64,000 nucleotides of DNA from Leucoraja erinacea. Its lineage: Eukaryota. The position numbers and the translations under genes are program-made. The stretch spans positions 57,350,001 to 57,414,000 of the forward strand of contig NC_073381.1 of assembly GCF_028641065.1 (NCBI RefSeq). Direction: 5' to 3'. Below the pieces are notes generated by a model, which saw only the letters and a program-made list of their open reading frames with translations, made no database searches and was not told the origin of the DNA. Positions 28,701 through 39,946 of the stretch are shown here, in pieces (within the stretch, counting starts at the first letter, position 1; every line of letters begins with the position of its first letter).

Positions 28701-31700
28701 TCTACAAGGCATAAGTCAGGAGTGTGATGGAAAGCAATCCACTTGCTTTGATGGGTGTCATCAAGAGGCTTGGCACTATCCAGGACAAAGCAGCTCGCTT
28801 TTCTAGCTGAGACCCGTTGAGTTACTCCAACTTTTTGTGTCTATCTTCGCTTTACTATCAACCTCCCAAAACATTCATTCCTTCCACCACCGTTAGCAAA
28901 CTAATGGAATTGAGTATTGGCTTATTATTGTCACATGCACCGAGAAACACGGAATAGGTTTCCCTTTTGTTCAGACCTTATTGCCCTGAAAATGGTATTG
29001 ATATCAAATTAAGATGGACTTTTAATGGTGTCAGACAAATAATTGTCACAGTATAATTTCTAAATGTTTATCAACCATTTTCTTTTTAGAAATTAAAAAA
29101 GAAAAGCAGAAAAAACCTTCAGCCAAACCAAAGGAGAAAGGTAATTGAGTTTATTGTGGAGTTGTGGAAAGAATATTCCTAAATTTTAAGTTTATGACCA
29201 AGTGTAGTTAATGGGTTGGAAAAGACTACACAAAGCCTGCCCTAAACCTTGAGTCTAGAACATCATGATAACATTCTTATTTTTTTCTTGCCCAACCAGC
29301 TGACATGTGTCCAGGAACACATGGAAAAAGGGGAGTTCCTTAGAAATCCATTCATTCCTCTGCTTATGTGGTTCTGATTTCTGCTTACAGTGCCTCCTTA
29401 GTGCATTAACTAGGATAATCTAGCAAAGTAACTATTAACATGGTCATTCAAATGTGTGTTAGCAGCCTGCATGAGAAATGCAACAAATCCAAATCCACAG
29501 GTACTCTTGAGCGCTGCAGTTTACATCTCTCAGGCCCTGATTCCAATTCCCTTATGAAGGCCCCAAACAAATCTATCTCTACCACCTTATCATGCAATGC
29601 ATATCACCTTATCACCTTATTGCACCTTATCAGCAATATTCAATCACTCAATGTGTGAATACAATACTTTTGTTCCCCTCAATTTTTCTCATTTACCTTA
29701 AATTTTGTAGCTTTCCTGTAGATTTCCTGCAGAACCTGTAGATTTGTTAGTTCACCATTTGAATAAGCAAATAATGGAGATAGGACTGTCAACAGAATAT
29801 CCGAATATGTTTCCTTTTTGTTTAGGCCTAATTGTCCTGAAAATGGTATTTATATAAAATTAAGATGGACTTTTAATATTGTCAGACAAATAATTGTCAC
29901 GTGCATAATTTCTAAATGTTCACCAACCATTTTCTTTTCAGGAATTAAAAAAGAAAAGCTGAAAAAACCTTCAATCAAACCAAAGGAGAAAGGTAATTGA
30001 GTTTATTATGCAATTATGTAAAGAATATTCCTAAATTTCAAATGAACAAATTAAGTTGATGAGTTGGAAAAATACCAGCTGCAACACGAAGCCTGCCCTA
30101 TACCATGAGACTAGAACATCATAATAAAATGCTTCTTTGTTCTTGGCCAACCAGCCAGCCATGTGTTCAGGAATGCATGGAAAAAGAAGAGTTTTGTAAA
30201 ATTTCCATTTACTCTATGCAGGTAGAGTTTAAAGAGTTAGGAAAGGACAAAAACATGCTTTTAATATAAAAGGATTTCAAATATTTTAATGATTTTAAGA
30301 ATGATTCACTATGCCAGTATTTATTGTCACTCCTGAATTATCCAAGATCTGAGCAGGATTTAAAGAGCCTCAAATTATTCAGAGGACAGGTTTCCTTTCC
30401 TAATGGACATCATTGAACAAGATGGCATTTACATCAAGGTCATGGTAATGTCTTACCTACCAAGATTATTCATTTAGTTCCAGATTTGAACTTTTATTTC
30501 CCAATCAACACTGTTACTTAAGCGAACTGCTGCGTGACCATACACCTTTAGCCCAAAAGCTGTTGTTGACACAGGCTCCAGACCTTTCGTTTTCCAGCAT
30601 TGACCAATATGGCAGGCAGTGTATTTGCAATGTCCTGTTACCATGCACCATGAAAAATGCTTGGAAAATTTATGCTGTAAAGTCTACAATTTGTTTCCTA
30701 AGTCTCCAAGCCTCTCTGACAGGTTAGAGTTTCTGTAAATTCTAATTGCACAATTTAAGATTTTTTGAATGTATTAATATGTATTTGCTTTTGTTCTGGC
30801 TCAAATTCCCTGAAAAATACGAATTGAGATGGTCTTTAATATTGTCGAATAAATGTTATATTCATGATTTCTAAAACTTTACCAACCATTTTGTTTGTAA
30901 AATTGAAAAACAAAAACAGTGGAGAAACCAAAGGAAAAACGTGATTAGGCATATTATATGGTTGTGGAAAACATTTCTCAGTTTCAACTTCATGAATATG
31001 TGGAGTTGATGGGCAGGAAACGACCAGCTGCTACATGAAGTCAGCCTTATACCATGAGATCAGAGCATCATAATGATATGTTTCGCTCTTGCCCCATAAT
31101 GTAGACTGATGCACACTGAATGCAAAATTTGAGGATTGGTTATTAGGTTAATATTGTCACATGTACTGAGATACAGTGAAAAATGTTGTGCACATAGAAA
31201 CCTAGAAACAGTTGTGCACATAGAAACATAGAAAATAGGTGCAGGAGTAAGCCACCTTCACAGCCATTCGATATGATCATGGCAGATCATCCAACTCAGT
31301 ATCCCATCCCTGCCTTCTTTCCATACCCCCTGATCCCTTTAGCCACAAGGGCCACATCGAACTCCCTCTTAAATATAGCCAATGAACTGGCCTCAACTAC
31401 CTTCTGTGGCAGAGAATTCCATAGATTCACCACTCTCTATGTAAAAAATGATTTTCTCATCTCGGTCCTAAAAGACTTCCCTCTTATCTTTAAACTGTGA
31501 CCCCTAGTTCTGGACTTCCCCGACATCGGGAATAATCTTCCTGCATCTAGCCTGTCCAACCCCTTAAGAATTTTGTAAGTTTCTATAAGATGCCCCCTCA
31601 ATCTACTAAATTCTAGCGTGTACAAGCCGAGTCTATCCAGTCTTTCTTCATATGAAAGTCCTGCCATCCCAGGAATCAGTCTGGTGAACCTTCTCTGTAC

Positions 31701-34700
31701 TCCCTCTATGGTAAGAATGTCTTTCCTCAGATTAGGAGACCAAAACTGTACGCAATACTCCAGGTGTGGTCTCACCAAGACCCTGTACAACTGCAGTAGA
31801 ATCTTCTTACTCTTATACTCAAATCCTTTTGCTATGAATGCTAACATACCATTTGCTTTCTTCACTGCCTGCTGCACCTGCATTCCTACTTTCAATGACT
31901 GGTGTACCATGACACCCAGGTCTCGTTGCATTTCCCCTTTTCCTAATCGGCCACCATTCAGATAATAGTCTACTTTCCTGTTTTTGCCACCAAAGTGGAT
32001 AACCTCACATTTATCCACATTATACTGCATCTGCCATGCATTTTCCCACTCACCCAGCCTATCCAAGTCACCTTGCAGCCGCCTAGCATCCTCCTCACAG
32101 CTAACACTGCCCCCCAGCTTTGTGTCATCCGCAAATTTGGAGATGTTGCATTGAATTCCCTCGTCCAAATCATTAATATATATTGTAAATAGCTGGGGTC
32201 CCAGAACTGAGCCTTGCGTTACCCCACTAGTCACTGCCTGCCATTGTGAAAAGGACCCGTTTACTCCTACACTTTGCTTCCTGTCTGCCAGCCAGTTTTC
32301 TATCCACATCAATACTGAACCCCCAATACTTTAAGTTTGAATACTAATCTCTTATGTGGGACCTTGTCGAAAGCCTTCTGAAAGTCCAGATATAACACAT
32401 CCACTGGTTCTCCCTTATCCACTCTACTAGTTACATCCTCGGCAGTTTGGTCATATAGTACATGTATACAATCTAGCATAGCACACCATCGATAAAATGT
32501 ACCCAATGCTACCTTCTGGGCTATTCCAATAAAATCCTTCAAACATGTGACCTCCACCAAGACGGATAAAGATAGCATGTTCACTTTAATATTACCACCT
32601 GCAGGTTGTCCTCCAAGTAACATACCACCCTGACTTGGAAGTATATTACCTATCCTCATTCAGTTTCATTTGCCCACTGACTCAATCTTTCTTTATCAAT
32701 TGCAGCATTACAATATTCTTATCACCGCTCCTTCCACCTATGGTTATATTACAGGTTTCAGGAGGGGGGTAGCTTAAGGGTTTTGATGGAAGGATATGGA
32801 TTATGTGCAGACAGTTAAAAGTTGGGCTTCACATCATGTTTGGCACAGACATTGTGGACCGAAGGTCCCATTCTTGTGCTGTACAGTTCTATGTTCTGCG
32901 TTCCATTTTGGTTTGACAAAATATGTTTAAAACTCTCAGTGAATTTCAGTGTGCAAAGGGAGACTACTGTGCTCATGACAAATCTTTGAAAGACAACACA
33001 TTTTGTGCAATTCCTAAATCAATTTTCCAAACAGTGTCTGCTGTCAGCAAACACTTTCCTGGTGATCATTTCTATGAAACTGTGGAATAACCACACCCTG
33101 CGCTTTGCTGGATAAGATCTTTGCATTCTGGAAGTTCTGGTCATTGTCTGAATTTGTTGCAGATGAAATGTACAACAGCTGCATTTTAACTCAACATTAT
33201 GGTGGGATCAAGCACACTGTAGCACTGATGTGCAATGACCTCTATTGTGTTTGTAATTATTTCATTAAATATGCTAAAAAGCTTTCAACTGAAAAGTGCT
33301 CATTATTACAATTCCAGATATGACTCGACTCTATGCATAGTAACAATGACCATTCTAACATCCTGCACATTGTTAAGATCAAATGTTTATCATTTCAGGT
33401 ATTTTGGTAATTGTCTTCCTTGTCACAGAATTATTTGTAATCAGATCAGTTTTCATTAGTAAAATCAGAATGTGGTAATAGAGGTGGCGAGAGCCAAAGT
33501 GCTCAAAATGTAACATTTTATTTTGGGGTACTAGAAATTGGAGCAATGATAAGAAATAAAATACATTTACTTATTGTTTGCAGGTATGCAATGCTGACAT
33601 TGATTCAGAATGTGATCAGTTATGTGCATCCTAAAGTGAAAATATTTGAGGAGCCTGACTGACATCTTTGCCTGCAGACACTTTTTCTCAATAATTGTTG
33701 ACATTCAACAAAAAGATACTGAAGATACTTCACAGTTCATGGAAGAACTGACAAAATTACCTGTAATTTTCTTACCGATGGAGTAGGTAGTTGCCATTAA
33801 AGTCATTTCCAAAACTATTCATCCAGACTTCAATATTGACTGATATTATAAGCAGATCTCTTTTTCCTTCACTGAGGAAGACACAAACAATCTCCCAGAT
33901 GTACTGGAGGACAGAGGATCTAAGGGGGTAGAGGAACTGAAAGAAATTTTGATTAGGCGAGAAATAGTAATGGGTAGGCTAATGGGACTGAAGGATGATA
34001 AATCCCCTGGACCTGATGGCCTGCCTCCCAGGGTCCTCAGAGAGGTGGCTTTAGAAATAGTGGATGCATTGATGATCATTTTCCAATGTTCAATAGATTC
34101 AGGATCACTTCCTGTGGATTGGAGGATAGCTAATGTTATCCCATTTTTCAAGAGATGAGCGAGAGAGAAAATGTGGAATTACAGACGAGTTAACCTGACT
34201 TCGGTGGTGGGAAAGATGCTGGAGTCAATTATTAAAGAGGTAATAATGGGGCATTTGGATAACAGTAAATGGATTAGTCCAAGTCAACATGGATTTATGA
34301 AAGGGAAATCATGCTTGACTAATCTTCTGGATTTTTTTGAGAATGTGACAAGTAAAATGGATGAAGGGGTGCCAGTGGATGTAGTGTATCTAGACTTTCA
34401 GAAAGCCTTTGATAAGGTCCCGCATGGGAGACTGGTGACTAAAATTAGAGCACATGTTACTGGGGGTAGGGTGTTGACCTGGATAGAAAACTGGTTGGCA
34501 GACCGGAAGCAAAGAATAGGAGTGAACAGGTCCTTTTCAGAATGGCAGGCAGTGACGAGTGGAGTGCCGCAAGGCTCGTTGTTGGGGCCACAACTGTTTA
34601 CCATATATATTAATGATTTGGAAGAGGGAATTAGGAGCAACACTAGAAAGTTTGCAGATGACACAAAGCTGGGTGGCAGTGTGAGCTGTGAAAAGGATGT

Positions 34701-37700
34701 TAGGAGGTTGCAGGGTGACCTGGACAGCTTGAGTGAGTGGGCAGATGCGTGGCAGATGCTGTATAATATAGATAAATGTGAGGTTATCCACTTTGGCGGC
34801 AAAAACAAGGGGGCAGATTATTATCTCAATGGGGTTCGGTTAGGTAAGGAGAAGGTGCAGCGAGACCTGGGTGTCCTTGTACACCGGTCACTGAAAGTTG
34901 GCTTGCAGGTACTGCAGGCAGTGAAGAAAGCTAATGGAATGTTGGCCTTCATAACAAGAGAATTTCAATATAGGAGTAAAGAGGTTCTTCTGCAGTTGTA
35001 TAGGGCTCTGGTGAGACCACATCTGGAGTATTGTGTACAGTTTTGGTCTTCTAATTTGAGGAAGGACATCCTTGTGATTGAGGCAGTGCAGCGTAGGTTC
35101 ACAAGATTGATCCCTGGGATGGGGGGACTGTCATATGAGGAAAGATTGAAAAGACTAGGCTTGTATTCCTTGGAGTTTAGAAGGATGAGGGGGATTCTTA
35201 TAGAAAGATATAAAATTATAAAAGGATTGGACAAGTTAGGTGCAGGAAAAATTTTCCCAATGTTGGGCGAGTCCAGAACCAGAGGCCACAATTAGAATAA
35301 AGGGGAGATCATTTAAGACTGAGGTGATAAAAAACGTTTTCACCCAGAGAGTTGTGAATTTATGGAATTCCCTGCCACAGAGGGCAGTGGAGGCCAAGTC
35401 ATTGGATGGATTTAATAGAGTGTTAGATAGAGCTCTAGGGGCTAGTGGAGTCAAGGGATATGGGGAGAAGGCAGGCACGTGTTATTGATAGGGGACGATC
35501 AGCCATGATCACAATGAATGGCGGTGTTGGCTCGAAGGGCCGAATGGCCTCCTTCTGCACCTATTTTGTTTCTATGTTTCTATATTTCCAGATATTCAAA
35601 TCTATCATATTCAGCATTTGTCTCAATAGAAATAATCGAAATGGCACCTGACTTCTATGTGCTGGCAAACTGTTGCATTATTTCCCTCTCCTTTTCTCTC
35701 TAAAATCTAAAAGAACATGAACATTATTGTATTGGTGTTTTTGGTCCCTCTTTTTTTTCCTGCAGATTTGGCAAATGCATATTTGAGGCCACAATCCTAT
35801 GAGACCAATATTAGAGCAACACTGAAAGTATGTTGCTTAAACCCAAGTAAATGCCAAAACGAAACAAAAATAATATCACTTCCACAGTTTTGAAGCTTTG
35901 TCCTTCCCTCCAAATAACCAGTATCTTATCCTATCCTTTCCTATTGGTGCCTGTGATCTTTTCACAGAGATTGAAATCTGGCAGCAGATCCCATCGAGTT
36001 ATACTGAATAACAGCTGATTTGAAGAAAAATGAATTAACTGAATAGGACAGTTGGGAGTTGAATCAGTGAGATCATGAGGACACATTTTGTTTTTGGAGT
36101 TCTTTTACTTTTATTGGTTTGTCATTTTTAGTTTTAGCCTATTTTAGTGATTAATGCTGCAGAGCTTGGGTCAAATTCTTCGGCATGTGATATAAAGAAC
36201 AACATTTTCTGAAAATTGAAACTCACATGGAACACAATAGAAGTAATCTTTTGAAATGAAATGTAGGAAAGGAAACATAAGCAATTTATGTGTGAGATGT
36301 TCCATTGGAAATCAGATCCACATTATTGAAATTCTTCCTTTGAAATTATGCCTGTGCCTAATAAGCTGATTAGAATTTAGCAGTGTTGTGATGTGAGAGG
36401 CTGTTGTTCGTTCCATGAAATTGGATTACATTCATCACCACTCTCTTCAATAAGGATTTGTCAACAAAATTTAAGTAGGTGATGGCCAAATGCATTCTCG
36501 GTGATTTTAAACCCTGATAAATAATAACTGCTGAATTAGAAATATATTCTCGTCTTATACAAGTCAAAAGTAAGTTGTTCATCATGAATTTTAAAATTAT
36601 TTATTTAAACATTCTCAAAAGAATAAAAGAGATGAGGAACATTTAGTATGCACTGTACATCTGTCTCAGTCTTCAAATCTAAATATATAATATGGCTATT
36701 GGAACATAACAATTGTGAATGTTAAAAATGCTATTTACATAAATTTAAAAACGCAGTAGTGTTAAACTGAGACAATTACTTATACTTGTATGATATGTAC
36801 ATTGTCTTTAATGCTTGCATTTAGTTGAAAGCTATCACTTTCCCATTAATAGATTACTTTACTTTTACATTACTTTAGAGATACAATGCGGAAAAACACC
36901 CGTCAGCCCACTGAGTCCATGCCAACCAGCGATCACCCCATACACTAGCACTAACACTATCCTACACACTAGGGACAATTTACAATTTTACCTAATCAGA
37001 TTAACTTACAAAGCTACATGTCTTTGGAGCATGGGAGGAAACTGGAGCACCCAGAGAAAACCCACTTGATCACAGGGAGAATATACAAACTCTGTACAAA
37101 GAGCACCCATAGTCAGGATCAAACCTGGGTCTCTGACGCTGTAAGGCAGCAACTCTACCACTGCACCACAGTGCCGCCCTTGTTTCAATTAGTTTCTATA
37201 TTTTTTAATAAAGGTCCAAATAGCGTATATTCCACCTTGTGTGATGGAGATTTTTTTCTAAATCCAAAATTATAAATGCATCTTTCAAAATCATTAACAA
37301 TTATGCTCCAAATAAAGGACATATGAAAACGTCCTCACTTATGCCCTCAAATGGCACAATTAGTGATTTAACATCAAATACATCTTATTAACAAAACAAT
37401 CTGCTTCTTTGAGTCAGTATTGCTCTAATATATATTAATATTAGATTATGCTAATAGTTTATGCTCATCGTCCTGGATCCAACCATGTTCCTTCAAGCGG
37501 TCAATATTGTGTGGAGCCGCAGGTGATGGGCAAGGTTTTTTTTTTACAATGGAGGAAGACACGAAGACTGGGCCACTTAAGACAGTTAATGGAGACGTCT
37601 TAAGGACAGTCCGCGTTGCAGTTAAGGAGGTGCTGAATGTTCGAAGGCATTTGAAGATAGTTAAATCTCCCAGGCATGAACAGATATATCTGAGGACACT

Positions 37701-39870
37701 CGGGGAAGATAGAAAAGAAAATGCAGGCATCTTGGCTAAGATATATAAATCGTCATTAGGTGCTGGTGAAGTGAGTTAACCAGAGGCGCTGCCTGACCCT
37801 TTGAGGTATGTGAGAACTGTGTGCTCTATGTACAATTCCAGCATCTGTATTTCATTGTGTCTCCAGCATTCTTTTGAACCAAGTGTAGATGAATAATGTC
37901 TGAAATGATGGATATTTTCATATAAATGGGATAAAATGGTTGAAATAAAAATGTGTGTTGGGTATCATGAGAAATATCTGCTCCCTGATGCACTCAAACC
38001 TGGATTTCCTTCATCAGTAGGAATTCTAACAATTTCCAATGTCAGGATGCTTTAATTTGATAATGCAGGCATATCCTTATTTTGATGTTGGAAAGGTAGA
38101 ATTTCAAAAGGGTTTTATTGGAAATTTCTACTTGTTATTCCAAGATCTTAGCTTGAATGCATTCCTCATGCTTCTTGATTTTGGCGTTTTAAATATTTAT
38201 ACGGGTTTTGCAGCTAAGATCCAAAATTAATCAAACACTGCTGCTGATTTTATGACTGAAATACTTCCAATTGTAATGTATTTTAATTAAGAATTATTTT
38301 TTCCTTGAGGGTATGGATGAATAATATATATTTGTTATACGGTTACTCATATTTATTCTTCCATTTATCTACAGAGCAAGGAAAGCTGAAAAAAGTAAAA
38401 TCTGCTACAATAGCTACAACTAAAGGTAACAAAGAAAACATCTGGCAGTTTACAATGCATAACTTCATTATTTTAACTAATATTTTGGGTGAAAGTCAGA
38501 AAGTCTAGGGTCTATTTCTTAACTTTCTTCTCTAACTCTCTTTCTAATGGGCTTTCTTTTCCCAACACTTTCCTGCACTATCACGACTCTTTCTAACTTT
38601 CCTTACTTCTTTTATTTCTATCTCTCTTAAAGCTCAAAAAATGAAGGGGTACAACAAATGTAATAAGATATATGTGGTGTGTATTACTGTAACTTATTGT
38701 ACTTCTAATTAAAAAAAATTAAAAAGAAATAAAAATAAAATAGAAAGTCAGGTAGATAATTTATGTACAAATCAAGAGCTATCAACTTTCAAAAACGGAA
38801 AGAGGGTATTGAGAGCAGCATATTTCAATGAATTTGGAAATAGATTTAATCTCTATCATCAAAACCAATTATCTGATAAGTACTGAACACTCCCTATTGC
38901 CTTTGCCCATCTATCTCTTTGTCAATCCAGATTCATTGGTATTGTTATATTAAAAGAGGATCGTATGGGCAGGAACACAAATGATGAGTTAAGAACAACT
39001 ATAAATTGCAGCGGCAGAGTCATTACAAATAAATCCCATAAGAAAATTGCAGCACTGATTCTGGTCAATATTGTTGAACAAAATATAAAATACAGAAAGC
39101 TGAAATATTTTTGAATGCATGACAATTCAGTTTTAATGAAAAGTAAAGTTTAATGAAATATCTGGAACTTACTGCAAATTGTATGTCCATCTGACCTGAA
39201 TAAGTATGCTAGCAGAATGGCAGAATTACTGGACTAGTATTCAGAGGGAGGATTAAAAGCAATCTAATGATACATGTTCAAATCTCACTGCAGTAATGGA
39301 GAATTTAGATTCAGCTTAATAACTAAACACAGAAATGAAATACCTTGGCTCTATAATGAAGATGATGAAACTATAGTTATGAAATTACACTGGTCAGAAA
39401 CAGGCCCTTCCACCCACCACGTCCATGCTATCCATTGGATTTATCCGTAATAATCCTATTTGCCCACATTAGGTTTGAACGTTCGCATGCCTTGACTGTT
39501 CAGGTGCCTGCCTAGATGCCTCTTAAATTTGTGATTGTATCTGACTCCAACACGTCATCTGACAGCGAGTTCCAGATAACAGCATGCGGAAAATAATCCT
39601 CTGATCATTAACAAAAAACTGTAGATGCTGGTAATCTAAAATAAAACAGGACATTTTGGAAATACTCAGCAGGTCTGACCACATCTGTGGGAAGGGAAGC
39701 AGGCAATATTTCAGGCTGAAGACCCTTCACCAGATATAGAAAGAAATTGACACTCCTGAAAGCAAAGTCTCCGTTCTTACTCACTAACTGCTCCCATTCA
39801 CTTATTGACTGAGCAATCTTGTTTATAGCTTTTCTCCATGTGGTCACCCTGGTTTACCCTGTTGGTGACC

Positions 39871-39946
<76 letters not shown>

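Larger units (their letters stand above)
1100..31000 (+). repeat. Tandem exon+intron duplication array, 29 units typically 0.5-1.1 kb long, with higher-order structure
   Basis: Recurring blocks such as gatatcaaattaagatggac...attgtcagacaaataatt, the exon itself, aagtttatgaacaa, gccatgtgtccaggaacacatggaa and cttagtacattaactag. Confidence 0.95.

Noticed and set aside
1100-31000. CRISPR array or non-coding satellite
   Set aside because: The 'spacers' are 0.4-1 kb homologous introns, there are no cas genes, the context is vertebrate, and the conserved core has splice sites and an open frame.
36860-37180. tRNA gene
   Set aside because: The tRNA-like head continues into a V-domain and tail, so this is a SINE.
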